The position numbers and the translations under genes are program-made. 64,000 nt of DNA, taken from NCBI RefSeq assembly GCF_006345805.1, contig NC_042998.1:4030001-4094000 (forward strand), read 5' to 3'. Shown one piece after another: positions 24,455-38,183 of this stretch. Position 1 is the stretch's first letter. Every line of letters starts with the position of its first letter. The notes under the pieces are model-generated. The model saw nothing but the letters and a program-made list of their open reading frames with translations. It had not been told where the DNA came from and searched no databases. Source of the stretch: Octopus sinensis. Taxonomy: Eukaryota.

Positions 24455-25335
24455 ACGTATTTAGTTTTCAGTTGAAATTGCGACTATTAATTTCGCAGTT
24501 TACTTCTTTTCAATAAACACACGTATATGAATGTGTGTGCGCGTATATGCATGTATAAATATATAACATATATGATACACAAACACACACACACATATAT
24601 ATGTATTTAGATTTATATATATGCTTGTATTTATAAACACACATGTTTTTGGGGAGCATTTCAATTCAGCGTCATTCAATTCAGTGCCATTCCGACATTT
24701 TATTAGGAAGATATAGTGTAAAATAAAATATTTGTTAAAAAAAATTTCAATAGGTAATTGTAAATATTAACGAAGAATTATTTCCAAATTAGAAGTCTGA
24801 ATATAATTTGAGCCTCATAGTAATAGAGTTTGAACAGCAGGGCAAAGCTTTATCCTTTTTTCTGTTTTTGTTATTTTCAAGTTCCATATTAGTATTCGTT
24901 CATGTCCAACTATAAGCACCAGATATCGCATAAAGCAACTCCCTCGAGGACTGCATACTTGTACAGTGTATTTTGTTTCCATTTATGTGTCACTCTGTAA
25001 TTAAGGAAAGCAACTTACTAATTCATGAATTATTCCTTTGAGTTTGAAGTCCGTCTAGACAAAAACTTCTCCTAAGTTGTCTAAAATGCACTGGATTAGA
25101 AATGTCTTTGTTGTGTTGAAATAGTTAATGTACAAGGACAAAACTATTTGTAAGTGTTATAAATACTCATCTGAGAATAAAAGAAGAAACAGTAGATGAA
25201 TTATAAGTCTGTTGACGATAATTGTTGTTGTTGATTAGTGTACCGAAAAAAGTTAGAAATTAGAAGCTTCATATAGTACGTAGTTATGCAGAAGTAATAG
25301 AATTTTTTGTTTTTTCCTGACACTTGAAGAACCTA

Positions 25336-25449
25336 TGCAACATAAGCAGAGGCATTGAGAGAATGTTGCACTATGAATAGAAACCAAGTTATTGCAACAT
25401 AAGCAGAGGCATTGAGAGAATGTTGCACTATGAATAGAAACCAAGTTAT
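25336..25449. repeat. Perfect 57-bp tandem duplication, each unit containing an 8-bp inverted repeat
   Basis: Units 25336-25392 and 25393-25449; TGCAACAT-19 nt-ATGTTGCA in each. Confidence 0.92.
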
Positions 25450-26132
25450 TGTTTTACAGCTAAAATATATAGCCGAAGAATGAGAACACTTTTTTTTATA
25501 TCATTCAGGATTTCTGAGACTGATGGGAAGAAAAGAGGAATTTAGCCTCAAACCAGAAGTCTGGTCCTAATGCTTCTAGCATTGGGAAGTTCGTTAAATG
25601 TACCCAAGTACCAGACGGTGGTGTTAAACCGGAAGACAGATTAACTGCTTCCCTTAAGAACTCAGAGTGAACAAGTCTGCTATAACAATTTTGTCCATTC
25701 GCTGCTCCACAGCTGTGGACTGGAACTTTATTTTATCGTTCAAGAAGGAATGAAAGGAAGAATTAACCTTGGTGTATTTCATTCAGCCATGCTAGATTAA
25801 TCAAACATAGTGTTTCCTTTTTAACGACCAAAAGATGCTACAGAACATCAATTCCTACGGCTTGAGAGTTTTGCTTTCGGGTCTGTTAACTTTTCAGTTA
25901 GCACCAATCAGTTGTGTCTTCATATTTTATTGCCAAGACTGTTATTTCTCTAAACATAACGGTACACATCATTATTTTAATTCTCGTTGCTTCGTGTACA
26001 CAGGCTACGTAAAGAAATAAAAATATATTGGCTACTTTTAATAGTTGAGGATTTTCACATATTGAAATAGATCAGTCAACAAGTTGTCTCGATCTATGGG
26101 GTGATAAGCTACGACTTAATATGATTGTCTTA

Positions 26133-26151
26133 CTTTTCTTTCTTTCTTTCT

Positions 26152-26187
<36 letters not shown>

Positions 26188-26190
26188 TTT

Positions 26191-26226
<36 letters not shown>

Positions 26227-26330
26227 TTTCTTTCGTTTCTTTCTTTCTTTCTCTTTTCTTTCTGTTCTTTCTTTCTCCCTCCTTTCTCTCTTTCTTTCTT
26301 TCTCTCTCTCTCCCCCCCTCTCTCTCTCCT
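26133..26330. repeat. (TTTC)n/(TC)n pyrimidine tract
   Basis: Direct inspection. Confidence 0.95.
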
Positions 26331-27589
26331 GTTTTGAAACGTGTGATCTCACCCACTTCAACGCATTCTATCAAGTACTCTGTGTATAACCCTCTATATA
26401 TTTCAGTAAGCTTTTTCTGTCAAAGCTCTTTCCTGGAGCAGCATTTTCCTTTTCACCACTTACATTCAAATATTTAAGATAAACCGTATGGGCCTTACTA
26501 TACAAGAGATGTCATTGAATCTTTTCTTTTCTCCTTAGACTAAATTGAGGAAAATAGAGCACGAAATGCCACAGAAAAATAGTTTTGAATTAGCAATGCT
26601 TTGAAACAAATCATAAAAGATATGTTTGTACTTACATGTAAAATAATGTTAATATTTATGAAGTGTGCGAATAGGACGTGTCTCATCCATTTGAAAAGAC
26701 ATCAGATATAACTGGCTTCTCATGAAGTATCATTTTAAATAAGTACTAATCGTTAATATCCATCACATAAATATTCATATATATTAAAGTTTGAACGTAC
26801 TTATTCTTACAATCTTAAGCAAGATAAGTATATATATATATATATGCTGTGTGGTTATTTAGGTTTCATTTAGATTTGTGGTAGAATTTGAAGGCATGCA
26901 AAAAGCCGTGGTTGCATGTACTTATGGCCTTATTATATTTATTTAGTAGTGTCAAGGAGTTGTGTTTTAATATGTGGAATGTCTCTTTTAGGCATAACTT
27001 ACAGACTAAGCGTCGACCTTGGTATGGAAGCCCTGAATCTATTATGGGCCATGACAAAATGTGGGGAATATTTCTATTTTTAAGATGATGTATGTGACTG
27101 GCGAGTGTTGTGGATTTACTGTGTTTCTCGTATCTAAACGAATTGAGATGAGCGGCATATTACTGTTTAAAATTTATGGTTGACCCTATGTATGTAGCTG
27201 TAGAATTGTGTTATGTGTTGATGACAATGCATTTATAAATTACATTAGATCTTCTACAATGGGTTTGTAGAGGGCAGATGGACCCAGAACGGCAGTTACA
27301 AGTGGGTGTATTTTGGGAATTATTTTCAGGAATGAAAGCCGTAATACTGTCAAAAGAGAGGTTAGAGATGAGGGTTGAAAGGTTTAATTTATTAGTGTTA
27401 TTATTAATATTATCGTTATTTTTGCTATCGTTGTTGTTAATAATTCTATCTGTAAGGATGGTGGAAGTTGTGGTAATATTCTGGATAGTGTTAACAGGAT
27501 AGGCTGGATTATGGTTGTGGTCTAATGTTCGGGGTTCAAAGTTGGAGCTGTGTCCATGTTGGGCGCTCGTGTATTCAGAGTTGTTAGGA

Positions 27590-27750
27590 TTTTACTACGA
27601 GGATTCCAGGTTGATCCAATCAACAGAACAGCCTGCTTGTGAAATTAACGTGAATATGGCTGAGTGCTCCACAGACATGTGTACCCTTAATGTACTTTTG
27701 TTGGAGATTCAGCGTGACACAGAATGCGACAATGCTGGCCTTTTGAAATA
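27590..27750 (-). mobile_element. SINE family C, 3' fragment
   Basis: Similar to 48195-48360 (gatccaatcaac..aacagcctgct..ggagattca..gacaca..gctggcc). Confidence 0.7.
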
Positions 27751-29547
27751 AGTTAAGCATGACCGGGTTGCATCTCATATACGCTGCAACAATTTTCACC
27801 ATGTGACCTAGTTGAGCTACTGGAAACCAACATTACCTATAGCCAATAAGATACTACCTGTTAAGTCACAAGTAAATTAAAATACCACTTATGTCGAATA
27901 TTGTATTGATTGTTTGAAACTTTTGTGAGAAAAAAACAAAACAAAATTGTCTCGTTTATCTCATGATCGCTTTCTGTTAATTACTTTTTCACTCCAAGAT
28001 ATGTTAATTTTTTTCATTAGTAAATTTATAGTATATAAGAATGCAGTCTCCGTATTTGAAGCAATAATGTTCCAATATAGAAAGTAGACATTTGCCAAAT
28101 TTTAAAAATTAATTTACTTCGAGATGAAGATGTTAACTTCAGAAATTGATATCTTAATTTCATGAAGATTTTAATTTAATTTGAAAGTAATTTAATTAGA
28201 AAGAATCTGGAATAAAAATTAAATATTTTATTACAACTATAAATGGCCCAGTCCATTAGGATAAAAAAAATAATAAATCCGGCTTCCAAGAAAACTTAGT
28301 CCGATGAAACAAATGATCACAACGTAAGAGAAGAGTTCCAAAATTCTTCTGGAACAGGAAACAAACCTTCATATTCTTTGAGAAGAATTTCACAAGATGA
28401 CAGACACACTTGATAAACATTCTAATTTTGTGTAAGAGCTTGGAGATGTACAACTCATACGAAAAGAAATGCGTCTGATAGAAATCCATTTCTGAAATTA
28501 TCAAGGAAAAAGGATTAAATTACTTCTGGAATGTTATTTTTCTTTCTAAGGAACCAAAATTACCCCCTCTGGTATGATTATTATTATTATAGATGTTTGA
28601 CAAGTTCATGGAAGTGTTTCTTACAAACTACAAAAAGATTTGTTGATGGTCTTATAACAGTAGCAGGGGTTCGTTGATTTCTCTGTAATGAAAATATCAC
28701 AGCATGATATTATGATATTAGAAAGAAGAAATTTTACGAAAGCATTTCTTTCCCAACATAATAATACTCCAGCTGATTCTGCCAATGTTTTTTTAAGGGT
28801 ATGAAATTGAAACTTTGTTAACTCTTTTGAAAATTTATGGCAGATCATTACGTCAAAGTTTAAATTTAATAATTTTTTAAAGCAACATATTTTTTCGTGG
28901 TATTCCAAGAAGAATGGTACAAATTAGAGCCAGATATTACTTGAAAATGGGTGTTGACAGAATGAGAAAAAAAAGATTAGAATACCACTAAATAATCATG
29001 CCACAAGCATTGATTATTAGATTTTGATTATAAATAAACATAAATTTTAATTTAAAAAGAAATTTGAATAAAATAATGGTTTATATTTCATCAGAAATGA
29101 ACGTTTTCGAAAACATCAAGTATTTTGCAGGTGGTATATTTTTTCATGTCACATGACTCGAAAATAAAGGTCCTCCGTTGGTATCGACAATGACTATTTC
29201 ATTTCTTAGATTAACTAAACTCTCTTCTTATTGACTTTTACAGTGAATGGCTATTTCAAGGGGAATAAATCAATCTCAACAATAAATACTGATTTCAAAT
29301 TTTGGCACAGGGCTCCCAATTTCGTTGGAGAGGGAGAAGTCGATTACATCAATCCTAGTGCTCAGCTATTACTTATTTTATCGCCTCCGTTGGTAGGGAT
29401 ATAGAATCCAAATAGGCACCGTAGTCGCTTTTACTGAGTTAATTTTTTTAACCAGCAGAGTTGAAAAGGTCAGGATTAAAGCTATTTTTGGAACAAAGAG
29501 AACACCATGAGTATTTCGGCTGGACTTGTATTTAATTTAGGTTTAGA

Positions 29548-29639
29548 TACTTGGGCAAGTACCTTCTACTATATCCCCGGACCGACTAGAGCTTTGTGAG
29601 TTGATTTTGATAGACGGAAACTGCAAGAAGGCCGTCGTA

Positions 29640-29715
<76 letters not shown>

Positions 29716-29724
29716 CATCTATCC

Positions 29725-29817
<93 letters not shown>

Positions 29818-29820
29818 CCC

Positions 29821-29904
<84 letters not shown>

Positions 29905-30432
29905 ATCTATCTATCTATATATCTATCTATCTATCTATCTATCTGTCTATCTGTCTATCTATCTATCGTTTGTAGAAAACAAATCCGGAGAAGATGCACA
30001 CTCTAAGATGTAGAGCAGAGTCTATTTTAATGGATAAGGCCGGTTTATAGGATTACCCTGGGTTTCTTGTCCATGAAGGGTTTAGGTTTATGGCATATCG
30101 TCAGACCCTAAACCTGTTGGCCCAAGACCTCTTGGGGTCTGACGATACACCATAAAGTTAAACCCTTTATGGACAGGAAACCCAGGGTAATCCCATAAAC
30201 TGTCCTTCCCCAGTAATATATATATATGTGTATGTGTGTGTGGTTGTGAACGTGTTTGTCCCCATCACCACTTTACAACCGGTGCTGGTGTGTTTACGTC
30301 CCCGTAAATTAGCGGTGCGGCATAAGAGCAAGGCTTTAAAAAAATAAGTCCTGGGATCGATTTGTTCGACTAAAACCCTTCAAGGCGGTGCTCCAGCATG
30401 TCTGCAGTCAAATGGCTGAAACAAGTGAAAAG
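29548..30432 (+). mobile_element. SINE family A copy split by a (TATC)n expansion (29640-29968) and a MITE
   Basis: 5' part 29548-29640 and 3' part 30215-30432 are collinear with 18830-19147. Confidence 0.7.
30030..30213. mobile_element. Palindromic MITE flanked by TA
   Basis: 80-bp arms 30031-30110 and 30133-30212, about 68/80 complementary; TA at 30028-30029 and 30214-30215. Confidence 0.8.
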
Positions 30433-31199
30433 AATTTTAAAAAATGATGAACAATATGCGATGTGACTTTTAAGTTTTACTGTTTTGGGAAATGTTACTT
30501 GAAAAGAGAAAATGCACAAGAAATATGTATTACATCGAGATTTCATTTGCCTCTTTTGGCATTGAGTTATGTTTTTCATGTAAATACGTATGCAAGGACA
30601 TTAAGAGATAAAGAATATTTAGTTATTTCGCATTTGCTATTTCGTATCGAAATATGTCTAAATGGATGTCTTAAGTATGAGATTCGCCATTTAATACGCG
30701 AGTTATTGTTATTATTAAAAATACATGAGTGTTTTAGATTTGTGTCCAGTTCTTGTGATATTCTAAATTATTAAGTGTGTCGAAAGTGTGTGTTGATAAA
30801 TTAGTTTGAAATGTCTACACAATCAATAACGTGTTGATTAATATGAGATGCGACAAGCGTTGCATAAAACCGATTTTCCAGACAGTTTCATTTAAACTCT
30901 TTGCGTGTGGCAATTAAATTCACATCTTTTATTAGCTGTGCTACTTTAGTTCAAATTTTTCATTATTATTCGTATTACTGATCAGCATTAGGGTATTGTC
31001 GAAGTGTTTTTAGTGATTAGTAAGTTCTTTTTGTACTGACCGTTCAATCCAACCCCAGGAGTTTGAGTTAAATACTTTCTTTAAGAACACAAACAGAAAT
31101 ACTTACCACATAACGATAATAACGCATACATGAAACGAGAGAAAAGTTTTAATGAATAAACTAATAAATGTAATAGATCGGTAGTCACTACACACATTC

Positions 31200-31335
31200 T
31201 TTTTCTCTCCTTGTTTCTTTCTGTGTTCCTTTCTGTGGAAGAGTGTAGGCTCGAAACGTAAAAGACTTCTTCAATTCCCGAGCGTTATACTAATACATCT
31301 GTTTGTTTTCGACACCACCTGTCTTCGTCTTTTGT
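31200..31335 (+). mobile_element. Family G repeat with hammerhead-like motif (31229-31264)
   Basis: CTTT-CTGTGGA-A-GAGT-GTAG-GCTC-GAAA-CGT-A-AAAG. Confidence 0.6.
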
Positions 31336-31480
31336 TTTTTCGTGAATTCTCCCCTAATAAATGTAATATAACGATGGAATATTCAACCATTAATGTATAA
31401 ATATATACATTTATATATATGCAAAAGCACACATATATGTTTATACACTATATATTTTATTCGTTTATATATATATATAT

Positions 31481-31542
<62 letters not shown>

Positions 31543-31644
31543 CATATCTTTATATTCTCTCTGTCTGTCTCTCTCTTTCTATTTCTGTGTATATGTATAA
31601 GCACATACATTCGGAGGTGGAGACATAAGTAATCATATACATTA

Positions 31645-31714
<70 letters not shown>

Positions 31715-32522
31715 ATGCACACTCACTCACACACACATATATATATATATACACATACGTAGACACAGGTATATATTATTGAAGAAATTAGGCGCTGAGG
31801 CTGAAAACTGTAGTCAAAGCAGAGCAAAGTAAAATCACTCATTAGAGTTATTTGCTGTTGTGTTGCCAACTTAAGACAGCACCGCTAGACTCACTGGCAT
31901 CAATAATCACCACAAACGTTTGTTAGACACCGATGCCGTGGAGACGACATTCAGAACATGAAAAAATACATAGATAAGTTTTAGCGACTGGAACACAGTA
32001 TCAAGACAGACGAAAAATATGTGGTTAAGCCTCAGAGACTCGGGTTGCAAAAGGATAAACAAGTACTTTACGATCAAAAGAAGCAAAGTGAAACAATGTA
32101 CTACTATACACGACACTAGGATAAAAAAGGAATATTAGATTAGTCGTTCGAGCTCTAATCATTGAACAAATGAGAGGAATAGTAGAGAGATGGATAAATT
32201 GGTGTGTTTGCTGAGTGATCTGAAGACATATAGAAAGCCAATAGGCCAGAGTAGAAGTAGAAATATAGGGAAAAGTTCCATGCTGGAAGCAGAAGGGGTT
32301 AAAGTAGAAAGGATGAATAAGCGAATAGGTTATAGAAACCAAACAATAATGGCTCAGTATATGTTGGCGAATTTATTCATTCGTTCGAAACTGATGATTC
32401 ATTCCATGGCTACAAATAGTTTTGTGTTACGCATGGTTCGATAGAATATGCATTTAATGGACGAAATATACCTCTGTATTACACCCAGAGACACAGACAC
32501 ACATACATACATACTTACATAC

Positions 32523-32553
<31 letters not shown>

Positions 32554-33162
32554 CATACATACATACATACATACATACATACATACATACACCAGACAGA
32601 CAGACACACACACACAAACTCAAGGTACACCAACTCACGTTAATGGAAATATTTACAAAAAAGCAAACAGTTTGATTTGCTTTTTATTGATGAATCAATA
32701 TTAGTATTAATAAAACTAATGTTTTTTTCTACAAAGAGGAACCAGTTCCGATTTTGGATGAAATGAATTTTCAGCTAACAAAAGTGTTGATAATATTCAA
32801 ATATTCTATCAGTAAATGCCATTTAATCTCACTTATGATGGCATTAATTTCATCAGAATCTCCTAAGGACTCAAAAATGAGTTACTTGCATCTTGTACAT
32901 TTGTTTTTCGAATCTTTACGTGAAAATGTATAATATATATTAAAATCGTTTTGATCATGAAAATAGACAAATAATTCCTGAAGTAAAAAGAGAAAAACTC
33001 GATAGTAAATGTTCGTTAAATTACTGCTACTCTAACATGAAATTTCTTTCAAAGATTTTCGTTTATGTATCGTTATGAACAGTTGAACAAGATCTCTAAC
33101 TAGATTTACTAATTCATTAAAAACTTACCGAAATGTGTGAAGTAATATATGTACATTATATA

Positions 33163-33330
33163 GGCGCAGGAGTGGGTGTGTGGTAAGAAGCTTGCTTCCA
33201 AACTACATGGTTCCGGGTTCAGTTCCAATGCATGGCACCTTGGGCAGGTATCTTTTACTATAGCTTCGGGCCGACCAAAACCTTGGGAGTGGATTCGGTA
33301 GACGTAAACTGAAAGAAGCCTGACGTATAT
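33163..33330 (+). mobile_element. SINE family A, 5' half
   Basis: Family A head sequence. Confidence 0.85.
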
Positions 33331-33629
33331 ATATACGGTTACTACTACTACAACCAACAGTCACTGCTGCTACTGCCATTTCAGCCTCTGGTCATTTCCT
33401 TAATTTTATTCGAACACATAAGACAGCTATTATGCTTACTCCTAACAAAAAACCACCACGTTGATTCTGTTGAGACCAGTAAGAAACTATTATGAACTAT
33501 TTTTTATTACACTTAACTTTTTAAAATATTTTTGATGAGGTTCGTTTTTTCAAGAAGAACCGAAACATGTAAAATTTCTAAGAAAATTAAAATTTCTCTT
33601 ATATAGTGGCGTTTTCAAATTCTTATATC

Positions 33630-33680
<51 letters not shown>

Positions 33681-33703
33681 TATTATATATATATATATAT
33701 ATA

Positions 33704-33819
33704 CCGATAGGATAAGTATTAGGCTTGCAAAAATAAATACTAGGGGTGATTTGTTAGACTAAAGGCGGTGCTCCAGCATGGCTGCAGTCAAATGACTGAA
33801 ACAAGTAAAACAATAAAAG
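33704..33819 (+). mobile_element. SINE family A, 3' end
   Basis: aaggcggtgctccagcatggctgcagtcaaatgactgaaacaagtaaaa. Confidence 0.8.
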
Positions 33820-33838
33820 CAATAAAAGAATCTATATG

Positions 33839-33897
<59 letters not shown>

Positions 33898-33939
33898 GCA
33901 TTTTATATATATATTTTTTCTTTCTCCGTTTTTTTTTTT

Positions 33940-34092
33940 CATTCTCTCCAATTTTTTCCTCTAGATCTTTTCTGTCGAAGAGCGTAGGCTCGAAACGTAT
34001 AAGGCTTTCTAAAAAATTTTCGCGGGCGTTAAACTAAACACCTGCTTGTTGTTCTTACACCTGACTTCGGCTTATGTTTTCTGTAAACTAGA
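33940..34092 (+). mobile_element. Family G repeat with hammerhead-like motif (33968-34003)
   Basis: CTGTCGA-A-GAGC-GTAG-GCTC-GAAA-CGT-A. Confidence 0.6.
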
Positions 34093-34100
34093 ACTATATA

Positions 34101-34135
<35 letters not shown>

Positions 34136-34592
34136 TATATATATCTATATATATATATATATATATTTATATTATATTTATATTTATATATGTGTGAGTA
34201 TATGTGTGTATGCGTGTGTAATTATATAAAAAAAATCAGGATTGAAGTAAATCAGGTACTTAAGTGGTAAAGCACTCGGTCGGTTAGAAAAAAGGAAATT
34301 GTGTACACAACGAAATGAGAGGAACATATACATACATACCAAAATACTGGCAGATTAATATTCCAGTTGTACATCTAATTAACTATGCACAACTGAGTGT
34401 ATTATAAATCTGAAAGCTGTACTTAGGAACACACATTCCACCAATTGTACTGCACGTGATAGACTTCCTTTCGTGTATATTCACCCGATGGAAACAATTT
34501 TTTTCGCGTAATGTAAAAACTCTATTAATAAAAGACTTGTTTGAAACAGCCGTAGCGAATATAAGCCATTATCCTTCTGTTATTTTATATAT

Positions 34593-34626
<34 letters not shown>

Positions 34627-34978
34627 GCATGTATATATGATGTATATATATATGTTTATATAATCTATATATATGTAAATAAATCTGGATATATATATAT
34701 ATATACACAGATATATATATGTATGTATATATGTATATATATATGTGTATATATATATGTATATATATATATATGTATATATATGCATATAAATCTATCT
34801 ATGTATATATGTATATAAATCTGGATATATTATGATATAATATATATGTATATATATATATTATAATATATATATATATATATTATAAAATATTATTCGA
34901 GACAAAACCACTATTTTGCAAAACAAACAAGGAAAGACTTAATCAATACATAAATTTTAATAAATAGTCAAAAAACCG

Positions 34979-35021
34979 CCACTACAATCGTTTCTTGTCT
35001 TGATCGACAATCTTCAGGTGG
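34979..35021 (-). ncRNA. Minimal hammerhead ribozyme-like motif with intact core
   Basis: CCAC-CTGAAGA-TTGTC-GATCAA-GACAA-GAAA-CGATTGT-A-GTGG; ACGATTGT is self-complementary with two G-U pairs; GUA triplet. Confidence 0.65.
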
Positions 35022-35044
35022 ACTTCCAATAATTCAGTGTCAAA

Positions 35045-35105
<61 letters not shown>

Positions 35106-35175
35106 TATATATATATATATATACATGTATATATATATGTATATACATCTGGATACATATACATATATATATATA

Positions 35176-35755
35176 TTTTTAGAAGATAGAAATTTCAGTC
35201 GTCAGTACTTTACATCCGTAAACGAAATCGTGCTTACAGTGATTTATAAGACTTGGATGGGATACATGTTTATATTAAAAATTCAAATAACAAAACATAA
35301 TTTTAGAATATGATAAAAATAATAAGATATAAAATGTAAGTCAGGTAAGATATAAGAACATGAAAACCATGTATGCCAGGGTAGATACATGTATTCGAGG
35401 GAAAACAGAGTTCAGTAATACGAGATATCATGAAGGTTAAAAACTGATTTTTACTTTACATGGTTTTTAACCGACTTTTACCTTCATGATATCACGTATT
35501 ACTGAACTCTGTTTATTCTCCTTCGAATACATGTATCTACTTTGGCATACATGTTTTTTATGTTCGTATATATTACGTCCTTTACATTTTATATCTTATT
35601 ATTTCTATCATATTTTATTATTATTTTTTATTATTTCTTATTATTTGAATTTTTAATATAAACATATATCCCATCCAAGTCTTATAAATCACTATAAGCA
35701 CGTTTTCGTTTTCGGATGTAAAGTTCTGACAATTGAAATTTTTATCTTCTACAAA
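35176..35755. mobile_element. Foldback (long palindromic) element, about 580 bp
   Basis: Arms of about 270 bp, highly complementary with small indels, converging on GGTTAAAAAC-18 nt-GTTTTTAACC. Confidence 0.85.
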
Positions 35756-36566
35756 AGAATTTTTATTGCTCCTTAGCTCAAAATAACAGTTGTACTATAT
35801 ACGGAGTACTGTCTCCAGTCGCGACCGAGGAACACCATCACTGACCATTGCTCATTGAAAATGCTAGCAGTGCCCGTGCAGGAGGTTATTGCACCCGCAG
35901 TCGCATTCACCCGGGTGCGTGCTCGTCGCTTCAATACTCGGCGCGGCGCCCACTTACTCAAAAGGGCATCTGAAAGACGCCTCCTCGACGGTTGCACAAC
36001 TGATATTTCAGATCCAATAAGGCTTTCAAAATACCTCACAGACACTCTCCACCCTACTAACATGATGCAAAGAGAAACCAGAGCAAGATATCTGGTGGCA
36101 ATATAGGACCGTAGTTTCAGGAATGTGGGGGTGCCATGATCTCAAGCGGAAGCAAAAACATCCCCAAAATGTTCATTTCCCAAAATGCCATTCCTTGCAT
36201 ATATGGTTTTAAATTATAGTGAGCTCATAGAGATATGGTCACTCCCAGCAGTCTTCCAGCACGCCGGTCACCAACCCTTAATTTCTAGCTATTGCAAGAT
36301 GGTCATTGAACCTACACTAGGTTTATGCGTCCTATTGACAGGGGTTATTTTTAGTCCTGCTGTATTTCTAGCAACCCTCATCACTAGGTAAGTGTAGTGG
36401 AAGTGTCGGTTTATTCGCCAACAGACCGTCCATGCAGCAAGTTGTACTGGATACCATATACCAACAGCACTCGTAGAAAAGCTCACAAAGACCTGACGCT
36501 GTGTTTATTATGTATATATATGTATGTGTGTATGTATGGGTATGTGTGTGCATGTATTTATATATG

Positions 36567-36612
<46 letters not shown>

Positions 36613-36614
36613 AT

Positions 36615-36790
36615 CTAATGTGCTTAGCTTAGTTTTTATTTGAGGTTGGCCAGATTGGAGCAATCTCAAGATTAATCAGCAGACAAATTGCGAAGATGAT
36701 CTGTTCTGACTGAAGATTGAAGTTCGAATGCCCCGTCCGTGTTTTTGTATCGTCTCCTAAATGTTTTGCGTTCTTGTCCCAGTTTGTATT
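36615..36790 (+). mobile_element. Family F repeat
   Basis: Matches the reverse complement of 23405-23640. Confidence 0.6.
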
Positions 36791-36914
36791 TTTATACATA
36801 TATATATAATATATATATATATATAGATATATAATATATATATATATATATATATAATATATTATATATATATCTATATCTATGTATATATAGATATGTG
36901 TGTGTATGTATATA

Positions 36915-37255
36915 TAGGGTGCCCGTAAAGTTACTATACAGTTATTTATGATAAAAAATATAATGGTTAGATAAAAGGCTTTTCAGAAAATATATGTAAT
37001 CCATCAGAAAATATTGTAACAATATAGGCAACCAATTTCATTTACTACAGTTATGAACAGATTTCTAATTGTAAGCCATTAGCTTCAAAGCATTCTCGAC
37101 AGCGTGAACGCGTATTATGACAAACTTTGGTACATAAGTCTGGATCAAGGTTATTAAATATATCAATAATGAGCTGTCGAAGGTCTTCAATACGTCTTGC
37201 TTCCTCTGAATTGCAAGCTTGGCGTATGCGTGAGAAAAATGTAGAAACATCTTTC
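36915..37255 (-). mobile_element. 3' end of a Tc1/mariner-superfamily transposon
   Basis: C-terminus ..RRIEDLRQLIIDIFNNLDPDLCTKVCHNTRSRCRECFEANGLQLE*, typical of these transposases; TIR-like (C/T)AGGGTGCCCGTAAAG next to TA. Confidence 0.65.
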
Positions 37256-37703
37256 ACGTTTCGATATTCTTTGATATTATTTGATAGTCTTCTTCTCTTT
37301 TCATCAGAAAGTTAAATTTCTAGAAAAAAGAGAAAAGTTGAGGAAAGAAGGAAAATTGAGGAGTAACAGAAAAATATGTTAGTTTTATCTCGAGTAGAAA
37401 ATAATAGATGGTGTATGACCGGAATTGACAAAGAAAGAATGAGGTTCCACACGAGTGAAGCAACAAAGGAAGTAACTGTGCGTAAATTGCGAATGAGTAA
37501 GGCTTTGTGTAAATCTGCTGTGAATGCGTGCGTATGTGTGTGTATGTGTGTGTGTGAGTACACTTAATTGTGGTGACCGTATATGTGTGCGGATTATGTA
37601 TGCAAATCATATGCATGTGCCGTACACACATATCTACATATCTATATCTCTCTCTATATGTGTTAAAATACACACATTCATATGTGTATGTTATATATAT
37701 ATA

Positions 37704-37753
<50 letters not shown>

Positions 37754-38120
37754 GAGTGTGTGTGTGTATACATACACACACATATCTATCTATCTATAAT
37801 ACATGAATTGAAAATACTTTATATTCTTAATCCAGTACGAAATGCTGTGTTCAAACTATATTCAGGGATCTCCATACTAATAACATATAAAGTCAGCAAG
37901 ACTAATTGTTTATTCAAGTTTCATCAAGACGTATGCTGTAGTGACTTTGTACGTGAATTGTGAAGCTCATCACTGCTTTTTAAGTTTGATATTTTATTGT
38001 AAAAGAACAACATTGGAAGATGCTCTGGTTATATTTGAATAATAATTGATGCTTTTGTTTGGAATTTTAATACAATTTTTATTGAAATTGGAACGACACA
38101 TTTGTACTCATATCACTATA

Positions 38121-38183
<63 letters not shown>

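Noticed and set aside
28250-29030. Protein-like plus-strand frame with stops (possible transposase relic)
   Set aside because: No recognisable catalytic motif or TIRs.
31900-32470. Possible CR1 RT C-terminal relic on the minus strand
   Set aside because: Similarity too weak to call by eye.
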